DNA of 64,000 nt, from NCBI RefSeq assembly GCF_006345805.1, contig NC_042998.1, positions 59,210,001-59,274,000 of the forward strand, in the 5' to 3' direction. Position numbers and translations under genes: made by a program. Shown here one piece after another: positions 39,268-52,345 of the stretch. Source of the DNA: Octopus sinensis. Taxonomy: Eukaryota. The stretch's first letter is position 1. Each line of letters begins with the position of its first letter. Under the pieces are notes generated by a model. That model was given only the letters and a program-made list of their open reading frames with translations, was not told the DNA's origin and ran no database searches.

Positions 39268-40501
39268 TGCCGACAAAAACAGACACAATCACCTCCATAA
39301 ACGAAGAAATACTGAAAGAACTCAAGAAAATTAACACAAATTTGTCAACTTTTTTGAACAAATTCGACTCGACACTTCAACCCAATCGAGAGAACAATGA
39401 AGAAACAGATACGAAAAATACAACCTCCGAAATTGTCGAAAACCTTGGAAACTTATGCGAAACAATTAGAACATTTTTCTCTAACAACGCTAACCAAGGA
39501 CCTCCAAACGAGTCAATATATGGGATCAATACTCTAACAACATACCAAATGAAACACCACATAATACCACAATGGAACAAATCACTCAGAGATAGAAAGT
39601 TCGCCTTTTGGAAGATGATCCAAACAACAACAAAGCGGATATATACGAAAAATGGCTCAACCGGACCCCGTTAATCCTCCCACGTAAATTCCAGTTCAAA
39701 GCTATTACAGAAGAACCTGAAACACAAAGACACCTCAGGGAGAGAATGGCACTGGAAAAAATGAAAATGGAAATAGAACTTCTGAAATTGAGAGCCCAAA
39801 CGAATGAGGATAAAATAAAATCCACCGATGAAGATATCAACGAAGAAATTCGCAAAATGACCCAAGGCCCAGATCAAGAGAAGTTCTCCAAACTATGGAA
39901 AGAGGACTGTGAAAAAGAAGAACTAAAATCTCTCCAACGCTGGGAGAAAAGCGCCACTTGGTTCTCAGACTATGAAGCCGTCTTTCAAACAGAGCACGCC
40001 TCCAACAACCCTTTCCAGAAAATAAGAAAACCAAAACAACACCCAAACACCGATACACACCTCTCTAAAAATCGGAACCTTCACTACTATCAAAAAAAGA
40101 ATACAGGACCTAACCCTAACTCTGTAAGCAGCCAGCGATACAATATCAGGAATACCCCCACTTCAAGCAGAGAAAGGATAAATCAACACCCACAGCATAG
40201 ACACTGCAACCTCATCCCCACCCAAAGGAGTTACCAACGAAATCTTCGTCCCATTAACCGGTTAAACAACCATGCACAACAAACCCACACCACTTGCAAT
40301 GATTACCAAGGAAGGCCTCCTAGAACACCACACCCGAATATGGGATATCGGGATGCTCTCCTCAATACTGCTCCAAGAACACACACCATAAATCACAACA
40401 GGAGACCCCTAATCAACAAAGAACAACTATATACTAGCTACCGTCCCAACCACCGCATTCATTTTTTAGACCCAATACGCAAACACAGAGACACAAGATA
40501 G
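39268..40501 (+). CDS. PLE N-terminal extension / ORF1-like region (~410 aa, charged coiled-coil-like centre, Q/N/P/R-rich tail), split by an apparent 1-bp deletion near 39620
   Basis: ORFs 39216-39674 and 39608-40501 join (FWKMIQ+NNNKADIYEKW) if one A is restored. First ATG at 39268 (MPTKTDT). It lies between the pseudo-LTR and the RT. Confidence 0.65.
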
Positions 40502-42791
40502 CACCAAACAAGCAGGAGGAACCAAAAGTAATAAAAATTATTAATCTAACTCACAAGGAACTAACAGCAAACCAAATAAACATACTTTCCAAAGGACTCA
40601 AGTTTACACCCACCCCACAACACCCCAACTACAATGAAATGAAAGAAGACATCGCAGAATTCTGCAGAAAATTAAGACTTACTGAGGAGCTATACGATAA
40701 ATACAACGAGGACGAATCGTTAGCCAGAAATAGGAGTAACTACACCCCCTCAAAAGGTAAGAATAAAACACTTGATGATTTCTGTGACCACATATCAAAT
40801 TACCCATATCAACATATGCACAAACAAAAACACAAACCAAACTTCAGCAAAAAAGAATGGGCTGAGTTGAACAAATTAAAACTAGATAAAACAATAACAA
40901 TCAAAGAGGCCGATAAAGGGAGTGCTGTTGTCTTAATGGATACGACATTTTACATAACTTTGGTACTTTCTATGCTGGAAGACACAACATACTATGAAAA
41001 GGCACAAAACTACAGTCAACAAAAAATAATGAGGGAACTAAAATCCATATTAAACCCATACAAAGCAGGGCTAACCGACAAAGAATATGATTATATGACC
41101 AATTTCACAAGTAAAACTAGCCAATTCTACGGTATACCTAAGATCCACAAAAGTGAAAAAATAAGCAACGCATGCAAGATAGCTACAGACAAAATAATTA
41201 AAGTCCCTAATCCTAATGACCTCAAATTGAGACCCATAATAGCAGGTCCCGCATGCGAAACCCACCGCCTCAGTAACTTTTTAGACACCCTGTTAAAACC
41301 ACTCCTCAAACATGTCAAAAGCTATATAAGGGACGACTTAGATATGCTCAATCACCTACCGAATACTATAAACAAAAACACATACTGGTATCCTTCGATG
41401 TAGTCAACCTCTACTCCAATATCCCCCACAACCTAGGACTAGAGGCAATCCAATTCTGGCTAGAGAATCACGCCAACGAACTACCACACCGCATCAAAAA
41501 AGAATTTGTGATAGAAGGGGTTAAATTCATCCTGGAAAATAACTTCTTCGCCTTCAATGACAACTTCTACCGACAAAAATCGGGGACTGCGATGGGTACA
41601 CGAATGGCCCCCTCCTTTGCCAACCTAGTCATAGGATACCTAGAGATCAGTCTGTATCGTAAGGTTCTAGAAAGATATGGCAGCCCTTTCTCCATCTACA
41701 TAGAACACAACTGGAAGAGATATCTAGATGACTGTTTCATCCTTTGGCATAAAAATATAGAAAAACTCATAAAATTCCAGAAAATTTTAAACGGACTGGA
41801 CGTAAACATCCAATTCACGATGGAATATAGCCAACAACAACTCCCCTTCCTCGATATCCTCATTAAGAAAGCTAATAATATAATAGAAACAGACATATAC
41901 TATAAGCCTACAGACTCTAAGCAATATCTTCCATTCAATTCATGCCACCCCAGACACACCAGGATGAATATCCCCTTCAATCTAGCAAAAAGGATATGCA
42001 CTATAGTCTCTAACGCAAACACCAGAGACACACGACTACAAGAACTAAAAGATACCCTAATCACCAGGAACTATCCACCTTCACTTATTGACAAATGCAT
42101 TCAACGTGCCCTTCAACTTAACATCAAGGAACTGAGACATCCCAAATCAAAGAAAAACTTACAACCAAAAGCCTTACTATACATCTCCACACACAACCCT
42201 CTCAATAACGAAGCCTTCGACACCATCCTCCACAACATACCCCTCCTAAAAAAAGACCACAGAATGAACACAATCCTCCAAACACACACGATCATAAAAA
42301 GCAAAAGACAGCCTAGATCCATGAAAAGTCTCCTTACACAAGCCCGAATTCACTCTTCAACACAGAAGCCGACAGTAAAAAAATGTGGAAGACCCAATTG
42401 CGGGATATGCGACTATCTAATCGAGGGTTCTGAGTTCTCCTTCAAACAGGGACAACGTTTTACAGTGAAAAGCAACTTCACATGTGCTTCGGAGAACCTA
42501 ATATACTCACTAACCTGCTCCGGGTGTCAAGAGCAGTACATAGGCCAAACAAAAAATGGTTTGCGTAAACGAATGGCCCTGCACAGATCCCAGATAAAAA
42601 TTCCCCAAAACAGAAAAATAGCTTTTAGCCAACACATAGATACTTGCGCCAACAAAAAAACACCAAACTTCAGAATTTTCCCCCTCTACCAATTTAGGGA
42701 CGATACAACCTCGAGACAACGAATAAGTAAAGAAAATCTCTTTATTACAAAATACAAGCCACTTCTTAACGGGTCTACGACAAACAATTAA
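40438..42791 (+). CDS. PLE reverse transcriptase + Cys linker + GIY-YIG endonuclease, with one 1-bp deletion near 41381
   Basis: KIINLT..LSKGLKFTPTP, KEADKG, FYGIPKIHK, LRPII, GTAMG..APSFANL, RYLDD, LPFLDI, CGRPNCGIC (Neptune-type linker), LIYSLTCSGC..YIGQT. The inverted copy retains the missing C (NKNTILVSFD). Confidence 0.95.
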
Positions 42792-45330
42792 TATACCTCA
42801 ACTTTAGAATAAAAGAAAAAAATATATATACACACACAAATACTACACTCAATAGAATCCATTACTAATCAGCCCCTTCATAGCTATATTACACCCATTC
42901 ATATTCTCCCTTCTCTGTTTTTTCTTCTTCTTCTTCTTCCTCTTCTTCTTCATCATCATCGTTATCATCATCATCGGCATCATCATCATCGCCACCATCA
43001 TCACCACCATCTTCTCCTTCTCCTCTTCTTCTTCTTCTTCTTCTTCATCATCATCGTTATCATCATCATCGTCGTCATAATCATCACCACCATCACCATC
43101 ATCGTCATCTTCTCCTTCTCCTTCTCCTCTTCTTCTTCTTCTTCTTCTTCTTCTTCTCCACCCCCTACCCCTTAAGTTTGTCACTAATGTTTTTTAGTAT
43201 AACACCTACGCTAATTCTATAAAGAAGCCTGTCAATATAAATATTCTCCTGAATTGAACTGAGACTGCCAGCCGCCACTGACCATTCAAAATACGACCAT
43301 CAGGGCACTCCCAGATTCTCCCACCCCCCTTTCCTCACCAGCCTTCTCTCTACTACCCTACCAAGAGCTCACAACTACCTCGAACACACAAGTGCAAACA
43401 AGGGAGTCAGAGAAAGGCAGAATGCCACTTAAATCTGAACACTACTATAGAAATATTCTTTTAAAAAAACTTTTCTTCTAATTTTTCTAAATTTAATTAT
43501 TTAATCGTTACAGTTGAAAAGGTCTCAAAATGACCGAAACCGGTACTGAAATGTTCACTATAAAATTATTTTAGCATTTTCTATTTTTTACTTGTTTTTT
43601 CATATATATATATATTCTTTATGCATTTCAAAACCGAGTTACCGATTTTGAGGTATGGGTATCAAAAGATTCAGTACTATTTCGGCTAAAAAAACTAAAC
43701 TTAATTTCCATTCTAATATTTTCATTTCAAAAGTTTTAATATTTTATACGATGACGGTGATGACGTCACATATTCTATATCTGTGTGTACCTTAAATGAC
43801 ATCAATAATCATGACACAGAATTTCACTCACTCTATTTCCGTTGTTCTCTCTGTCTTTCTCTCTATCTCTCTCTTACTCACACACACGCACGCATACGTC
43901 TATTTCATATACACATACGTACATCTTTCACTTTTTCATCTCCTTCACGTTCTTTCTCTCTGTACTTTTCGCTTTCTCTTCTTTCAATTTCTGTTCTCTT
44001 CAAATAAAGTATTACGGAATCAGCGGGAGAAACACAAAATGGGAAAAAGACAGAGACAAGAGAAAGAAACAGAAAGAGGAAATAAATTTCTATAGGAAAC
44101 GATGAAAGACAGGGATAGCGGGTGATAGAGAAATACCTTATGTATGAAACAATAGGTATATTGAATGGAGTGTGTGTACACATATAATATACTGTGACCT
44201 TAGAAGAGATATCAACTAAAAATGTATTCTGCATCACCTAATATACACTTCCTGCACACACACACTCACACGAAATTTGAGGATGTGAAAATGGTTTAAT
44301 ATATAAACCGTGATTTATTCCGCAGATTAGAAGGGAGATACTGGAAAGGACCCTTGTGAGGAAAATTTGCTGGAAGAGGTTTTGTGACTGAGAATTGTGA
44401 TAACATGTGAATAGTTTCAAATCTTGGCTCAAGACTAGCAATTTAGGAAGCGGTGTTAAGTCGATTACATCGCCACCGTAATGCATAAAATAATGTAAAT
44501 TGAAAGAATGAAAAGCGAAGTTGATCTGATTCTCGTGGAAGTTGAACGCATATCGTAAAGAGCTGGAATATCGCTGCAGAACCAATTTTGTGCCAACAGG
44601 AAACTATTTCAGAAAGGAGAAAATCCAATCTTCAAAACACTTTGTGAAATAAATCAGGAATTTTGAGCAATATTTGTGATGTGGATAGAAATGAAATTTT
44701 TTCGAAAATGCATAATTCTGAGATGCAACCAGCATGATAGACTGTCAGCATGTTTAATGAATCGACCAATAAAAATGTAAAGTAGAATAAAATATGAGGC
44801 TGAAGAAATACTAATCATTGATTGCTGTAGCCATGTTTCGAGTTGTTTCCATACTAGCTGGCAAAAATGAATATTAGTTATGTACAAAAATTGCTTTTAT
44901 TCTTCATTGCACATTTATTCTTTGTTGATGTTTAATGCTCAATGTATTAAATATTCTGAGACTCAGTTATCTATTGCTTATCATGCTGAAGTAGATCTCT
45001 CTAAACTTACTTCATTTCTGTCTATTGATATATTAATACTAATTTTTACTCTTACCAGAAGGTAATTTAGGAAAACGTTTTTCACTGTATCCATCAAATG
45101 TATTATTACCGTGTCGTAATTTTATATAAACTTTATCATTGTAAATTCATCTGCTCTGCTCTACATACTTAGCTTGTAATATTCATCAGTGTTCTTACCT
45201 ACTTACGTCACTGACAGATATGCATACTACCAAAAGGCTATTAGACTATTTTTTCATCTGAACTAAGACACTTTGGCATCGCTCGACAAATTTGTTCTAT
45301 AGAATCGGATGTAATTTTAACTCACTTCAG

Positions 45331-45440
45331 ATTATTTTAACGTAAAAAAGCTAAAAGCGAAAACAATCTGTATTCAAGAAGTTAACATCTCGGAACACAG
45401 AATTGGTGTACTTCAAATTCTATTCGACGAAATTAAGAAG
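45331..45440 (+). other. Candidate orphan coding exon (110 nt)
   Basis: Acceptor ctcacttcag, open frame YFNVKKLKAKTICIQEVNISEHRIGVLQILFDEIKK, donor AAG|gtaagc; product not recognised. Confidence 0.3.
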
Positions 45441-45719
45441 GTAAGCGTTTCAATACACTGAGAAGACAGTTCTGATTCGGGGAAATGAGGGGATCTGTTC
45501 ATTGTCATTCAGCCAGCTATAGTTATGAACCAAATATCCTTTCATATAACACTGCGTTATCGTTAAAAACTAAATGACATTAAATAATGTATCTCATAGG
45601 CACTACATCTGACAAATAGATGGAGTAGCTATAGCGGGAATATCCTTGGTAACAGTTTTGTTCAGGTTGAGTTGACCTGAGGGTGGGTTAGTTACATATC
45701 TAATCTACAGCAACGACAA

Positions 45720-45810
45720 TTTCTTCTTCTTCTTCTTCTTCTTCTTCTTCTTCTTCTTCTTCTTCTTCTTCTTCTTCTTCTTCTTCTTCTTCTTCTTCTT
45801 CTTCTTCTTC
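45720..45810. repeat. (TTC)~30 microsatellite
   Basis: Direct reading. Confidence 0.95.
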
Positions 45811-45861
45811 TTTTTGCTTTTAACTATATCTTTTTCTACACTTCAAATAGATCTTTACGAT

Positions 45862-46870
45862 CTGGGTTCAAATTCCACCGAGGCCAACTTTGCCTTTCAT
45901 TCTTTCGGATTTGATAAAATAAGTACTAGTTGAACACTGGGGTTGATATGACCTTGAATATACTCAATCCCCATAAATTTCAGACCTTGTGCCTATGTAC
46001 CTATAAAAGAAAGAATTATTATTACTATTACTGAAGGCGGCGAGCTGACAGAATCCTTAGTACACCGGGCGAATGCTTAGCGGTATTTCGTCCGCCGCTA
46101 CATTGTGAGTTCAAATTCTGCCGAAGTCGGCTTTGCCTTTTATCCTTTTGGGGTCGATAAATTAAGTACCAGTGAAACACTGGGATCGAAGTAATCGACT
46201 ATCCTCTTCCCCCAGACTTCCGATCTTGTACTGATAGTAGAAAGAATTATTATTATTACTATTATTAAGGCAGCGAGCTAGCAGAATCGTTAGCAGGCCT
46301 GGCGAAGTGCTTAACGGTGTTTCGTCTGCCGTTACGTTCTGAGTTCAAATTCCGCCGTGGTCGACTTTGCCTTTCATCCTTTCGGGGTTGATTAAATAAG
46401 TACCTGTTACGCACTGGGGTCGATATAATCAACTTAATCCGTTTGTCTGTCCTTGTTTGTCCTCTCTGTGTTTAGCCCATTGTGAGTAATAAAGAAATAG
46501 GTATTTCGTCTCTTTTATCGATCTGAGTTCAAATTCCTCCGAGATTTATTTTACCTTTCTTCCTTTCGGGTTCAATAAAATAAGTACCAGTTGAACAGTG
46601 AGGTCGATCTTATGGACTAGGCCCCTACCCCGAATTTCAGGCCTTATACCTATAGTAGAAAGGATTATTATTATCATTGATATAGGCAGCGAGCTGGCAG
46701 AATCGTTAGCACGCCGAACGAAATGCTGTTAAGCATTTAGAGTTCAAATATCGGAGAGGTTGACTTTGCCTCTCTTTCTTCGGGTCCGAACACTGTCATC
46801 AACGTAATCGACTTACCACTCCCAGAAATTACTGCTGGCCTTGTACCAAAATTTGAAATGAGAATATAAT
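45862..46870 (+). mobile_element. Head-to-tail array of ~5 SINE family B copies
   Basis: Repeating ggcRgcgagctRRcagaatc...gagttcaaatt...tttgcctttcatcc...aagtacc...cactggggtcga units, mostly separated by (ATT)n tails. Confidence 0.88.
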
Positions 46871-48056
46871 ATTATTAAATATTACTAAATTCCCGTAAAA
46901 TTTGATGTTTTTATTGCTCAGAACACTGATATAATACGCAACATTCATTTCAATTTGTCATTGTAGCAAATTGAAATAGTAGAGTCAGCACAACTATGAT
47001 ACGATGCATTTCAGGAAATAGTGTGTAATATACAATGGCAGCTGCCATACATATTCATTTCTTTTACTTTATTTGCATTCTCTAATCTTAACACTTTACC
47101 TGTCATGTAATTCTTTCATATTGCATGGTCTTAATATTAACGTGGTATAGACTGTAAAACGTCTGTCGGATATATTCAGAGAAAGAAAGATCTGTAACGT
47201 ATCTATTACTATTTAGAAGGATAACTGCATTGGATAGCAAAGGCGTTTTACTCATGAGCCTGTGTTTATAGGACTATATTATCCAATAGAATGTAGGGTG
47301 TGTTTTGGTGGATTTTGGATGCTACTTCACTAGATCAATCGATTGTCATTTCAGGTATACATGTGGAAGAATTTAATGGCAAGAATTTAAAGATCTTTAA
47401 AATGAAAGATCTATGAGTTATGCTTTAAAAATATATTTTATAAGATGTTTTGTCTAATATCTTTACCAGCCACCATTTATTATGAATATTTAAATTACAA
47501 GTATAATGCTATAACATTTACCTATAACAATGGTAGTATATCATTTACAATCATTATTGCGACTCTAAGAATTTTCCACCTGCATTTATAAGTGATAAAT
47601 TTTTCCCTTAATACACGAGCTACTATGAACCGATTATGCATCTACCACAAACTTGTAATAATGAGAATTGTTTAAAATTTATGAAGATACTAATCCTAAA
47701 TATAATATTCAAGAAAAGATGAGATGATCACGGTTTCAATGCCGCCTTTCGAACGATGTAAATTCGTTACAGGGAATTGCTACAGCAAAACGTGCAGATG
47801 CTACGAAAATCTTTTTCAAAATCGACGAATATGAGTGAGGCAAACTATAAGATATTTTTGCAACTATAAAACACTCATACAAATATAGTCAAATATTACT
47901 ATTTACAATACACTATACATAAAAATACTATTTATGAGGAACAATATTATCGTAATACATTACGATAGTCAAGAAAGCATTTTGAAAACTACAAACTGGA
48001 GTGTCCAGAGCCCTAACTAAACTGCAATATGGTCTGATTGAAATATCACAACAGAA

Positions 48057-48088
<32 letters not shown>

Positions 48089-48189
48089 AAAACAAATAGG
48101 GTATAAAATTATGGATTTGCTACATACAGATGAAATGGAGGGTTTTTGAATATAAACATGTGACTCAAAATTTATATATATATATATAT

Positions 48190-49400
48190 ATAAATGGAAT
48201 TTAACGCAGGTGTAATCCAAATACTTTTACTTCCGACATATGTTTCGAAGATATCACTGATATTATTCCAAAGGAATAAAATGGTGCAAATCAATGTAAC
48301 CTTCTCGTCAGGGAATTGAAGAAATGAAACTCGCCAATAAGGCATTTTAACAGAAAATGATGGATATGTATTGTGATTTACTGAACGTTATTAATATTGT
48401 TTGAAAAAACGTTATATGATATAACGTCAGAAGTAGCCTATAGAAAGGGGAGGGATAAATTAAGGAAAAATTAAATAAATGAGAATTATATGCCAGTATG
48501 TATATTAAATAAAACCTTATAAACGAGGAAAGTATATATTTTTTTAGTGAATGTTAAATATAAAAAGAAAATTAATGTTTAAATTATATATAATGATAGA
48601 GATTACTTATATGAACTAAAGGTGTATTTTTGCCAATGTTTACATCGGTATGTACACTCTATAACCGTGTTTACTAAGGGAATTTTAGAAAAAATAATGA
48701 AAAATAGTTCAGAATTACAGAGAAGACAGAATTTCTTGCCTTTTTCATAAGGTATCGAGATTGAGAGAATCAACCATTCTAAATTAAATTGTTCATTATG
48801 ATCTTTTAGATCCTAAATTAATTTACTGAGCCCTGTACTGTTACGTTTATTCCTATCCCTAAATGTTGAGTAATGGATATAAATTATTTTAGATAACTGT
48901 AACGACGTGCTTCCAATGTAAAATTGTACTTTATTATGAGTAATAATTTTACACTGGTATATATAATTTTTAATTTTAGAGTCACTTAACATAAACTTAA
49001 TTCTGTTGGAATTGACTTCAGATACAATAACCTTGTTATTAATATTTCTAGAGGGGTTTATGGTATTAGCTAAATTAATGTTAGTATTAGTAAATGTATC
49101 AATATTTAACAGGTTGTTATTATGTGAAGAGATAATTTGTAAAAGATTTTTTGTGTTGGAAAAACCAATCCTAACTGTATGTGAGTTGATAATAGAGTAA
49201 TAACTAGAATTCTTTGGAAAATTCCTAATAATAGCCTGACGTAACTGCAATGGGAGATTAGATTTAATTTATCTCCCATGTGGAATAATTAGCCAAACTG
49301 TTTTACTACTATTTATCCCTCCTCTTTCTATAGGCTGCTTCTGACGTTATATCATATAACATTGTTTCAAACAATATTAATAGCGTTCAGTAGATACTTA
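48190..49400 (-). mobile_element. 3' remnant of Hydra-type PLE family 2 (RT tail + GIY-YIG + pseudo-LTR), with a short inverted pseudo-LTR piece at the 5' end
   Basis: ORF 48813-49250: INSHTVRIGFS..NL..IISSHN, YIYQC..FYIGST, KRNSTGLSKLI; continues to ...FCLLC...YRCKHWQKYTFSSYK*. 49310-49390 mirrors ~48380-48460. Confidence 0.8.
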
Positions 49401-49469
49401 TAGTCTTTCTGATCCGCTAATTACAAGGACGTAAATATAAAATAACAACCGATGATCGAGCGGTGGTGG

Positions 49470-49635
49470 GACACACATATACACACACGCACGCAACAGG
49501 CTTCTTTCAGTTTCCGTCTATCAAATATACTCAAAAGGCTTTGTTTTTCCCGAGGCTATAGTTGAAGGCATTTCCCCTAAACCTGGAACCATGTAGTTGG
49601 GAAGCAAACGCCTTACCACAGAGCCACGCCTGCCC
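49470..49635 (-). mobile_element. SINE family A fragment
   Basis: Reverse complement of the head ggggcaggcgtggctctgtggtaagg and body gacggaaactgaaagaagcc. Confidence 0.7.
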
Positions 49636-50325
49636 CAATAATCACTTAATAAAAATAACGAGGATAGTTAAAATATGTACAGCCTGAAAATTAACACATC
49701 AAAATAACGCGTTGTAACTAGGCGAAGATTGTCAAAGAAGAACGAAATGTAACAGACATCTGTGTGCAGCATAAACAACAAAATAAACAATAGAACTACA
49801 CTATATACATTTTTATATACGGTATATAAAATAATTAAAAAAACAAACAATGGACATCACCAGGAATCACAGAAAGAAGACGAGCACGCAAGTGAATAAT
49901 AGGTGGTTCTATTACATATCTTGATCTAATTTAACACGCATTAAATGTTAAATATCTTAAAAGTCTCAGGCTCAGATTAAAATCACAGATACAGAGACAA
50001 ATCCACGGGGTCTGAAGGAATTACTGGATTTAAATTATTACAAGTATGATTAATTAACGTCAACGGCTACTTCTAAAATTGTCAAATTCTCACAATCTGG
50101 AAGCCAGTTGAAAGTAATCCCAGTTGTATAGGCATAGAAAATAAGCAACACAAGTGAACGTCAAATACAACCAATCATTTCTCTCAAGAATAGTACTACA
50201 TACTGGCGGAAGACAGAATAAATGCTAGGAGTCTTATACAATATCTGCACAAAATTCGCATATAGTACATAAAACAGACACAGGTTATACAGCAATACCA
50301 TACACAAATTTGTGTTGAACTCACC

Positions 50326-50990
50326 TACGAAGTCTGAGCAATAAGTAACCGGACTGTTGCCATAGTAACGAAGTTAACGCATGCAGAATGAATCTGCTCA
50401 AAAACAATTGACCTCGAACTCTGCTGTGCAGGCGCACTAGGTCTTAACGTTCTAGCTCACTTCCGCTGTTTACAGCAGTGCATCGAAGTAACGTATGTAA
50501 CATGCGATTATCATATTGATTATGATAGAGAACTTTGTCATGCTGAGTGGCCTACGCAAAGTTGCAGAAAGTGTATGAAGAGGTCTGAACCACTCGTGCA
50601 GACGTTTCCAAGTTGGCCGAAAAAATGTCGATATTGATAAGCGTTCTGGGAGATCTGCAACCAACAGAACTGAGAAAAACATCGCAGATGTGCGTGCAGC
50701 TATGAGGGAAAATCGCCGAATCATCATCCGTGAGTTACCAGAGGGTGTGCAGATTAGTTGTTTCAGTTCAGTTCAGTCCATTATTACTGAAGGTTTGGGC
50801 ATGAGAAAGGTGTCTACCAAATTTGTGCCAAATCTGCTTTTAGCTGACCAAAATTCACCCGAGTTTCAGTTGCACAAAATCTCTTTGATTGTGTCAAGAA
50901 CCCCAAAGAACGAAAATCGGGGCATTGCGTACTATCACAGATTGCACACAAATCACATTTGTTCGACCCTGAACATGAAACAATAACAAA
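50326..50990 (+). mobile_element. Mariner remnant (TIR + N-terminal half)
   Basis: TIR-like tacgaagtctgagcaataagtaacc; peptides RRFQVGRKNVDID.RSGRS and VRAAMRENRRIIIREL..GLGMRKVSTKFVP.LL. Confidence 0.85.
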
Positions 50991-51105
50991 AATTACTACG
51001 ACATCATTTGTCTAATCAACACTCACCAGATTTTACTAGACTGCGCACATATAGTAACTGTTATAGAAGAACTGCAAATATGTCTAATCTTAGTTACCTG
51101 TTCTT

Positions 51106-51431
51106 CTAAAGACTCCGCCGGTTACGACGACGAGGGTCCCAGCTGATACGATCAACGGAACAGCTTGCTCGTGAAATTAACGTGCAAATGGCTGAGCATT
51201 CCACAGACACGTGTACCCTTAACGTAGTTCTCGGGGATAATCAGCGTGACGCAGAGAGTGACAAGGCTGACCCTTTGAAATACAAGTACAACTCATTTTT
51301 GCCAGCTGAGTGGACTGGAGCAACGTGAAATAAAGTGTCTTGCTGAAGGACACAACGCGTCGCCGGGAATCGAACTCACAACCTTACGATCATGAGCCGA
51401 ATGCCCTAACCACTAAGCCACGCGCCCTCAC
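51106..51431 (-). mobile_element. Full-length tRNA-derived SINE family D with 11-bp target-site duplication
   Basis: A box tggcttagtgg and B box gttcgattcc on the minus strand; TACCTGTTCTT at both 51095-51105 and 51432-51442. Confidence 0.92.
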
Positions 51432-51899
51432 TACCTGTTCTTACTCTACCGTGGTTGACTGGAAAATGGAGAGAATAGAACATGTCTAGACTGTCACACT
51501 GTAGCTCACACAATCACTGCATGACTGAGTGAGTAATATGTCTCAGCGAGTTTGTATATTTGGAACAGACATATGATTCAAGTTTAGTTCTTAGGACGAT
51601 TGATCAATGCTCACCTGAGGTTCAAGTAACAGTAGAAAGAGTTACTACAGGATCAACAATCAACAGCGATAACAACAATAAAAAAAATAATACCAGCAAC
51701 AACAACAAAATTAATAATTTCGTCACTTATTAATAACATGGAATTAGTGAGAAATTTTATTGGCTATATTTCACGCTATTAATGTAAGAATGATTTAGTC
51801 TTCATTAAGTGTGACCCATCTGGCTCAAATATATAACACAAAATTCATTGTGAACGATATATGTCACTTTTAAGACGTCTACACTAGCCTCTTCCTGTT

Positions 51900-52065
51900 T
51901 CTTGCTTCCCAACCAAATAGTTTCAGGTTCAATCCAATTGCTTGGCATTTTAGTAAAAATTACTTCTGCTATAGCCTCCAGGTGACAAAAGATTTCTGAG
52001 ACTATTCGTTAGATAGAAACTGAAAGAAGATCTCTGTGTACATACACACACACACGCACACACAC

Positions 52066-52101
<36 letters not shown>

Positions 52102-52345
52102 GTATATATATGTGTGTGTATGTGTCTTTGTATTTGTGTTTGTTACCCACCACAACAGCTTGACAACCGGTGATGGTGTGTTTATGTCCCTGTAAATAAG
52201 CTCTCCGCCAAAAGAATCCGAGAGAATAAGTGCCAGCCTTTATTTAAAAAAGAATGAAAGTACTATAGTCGATATATTCGACTAAACATTCTTCAAGGTT
52301 GTATCCCAGCATAAGCTTAGTCTAATGACTGAAACAAATAAAAGA
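51900..52345 (+). mobile_element. SINE family A, degenerate
   Basis: cttgcttcccaacc...tagaaactgaaagaag...cttgacaaccgg...agaataagt...aatgactgaaacaaataaaaga. Confidence 0.75.

Larger units (their letters stand above)
35855..43608 (+). mobile_element. Young Neptune-type Penelope-like element: inverted 5'-truncated copy (35855-38229), pseudo-LTR (38230-~39240), coding body, pseudo-LTR (42638-43608); both ends run into (TA)n
   Basis: 38230-39205 is directly repeated at 42638-43608. 35855-38229 is the reverse complement of the element from ~41289 to its 3' end. The copies differ by only scattered substitutions and indels. Confidence 0.95.

Noticed and set aside
44230-44640. ELEYRC peptide resembling a Tc1 C-terminus
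   Set aside because: One short motif, with no TIR or DDE context.
45862-46870. Regularly spaced repeats superficially like a CRISPR array
   Set aside because: The units are ~200-bp diverged SINEs in eukaryotic DNA, with no unique spacers or cas genes.
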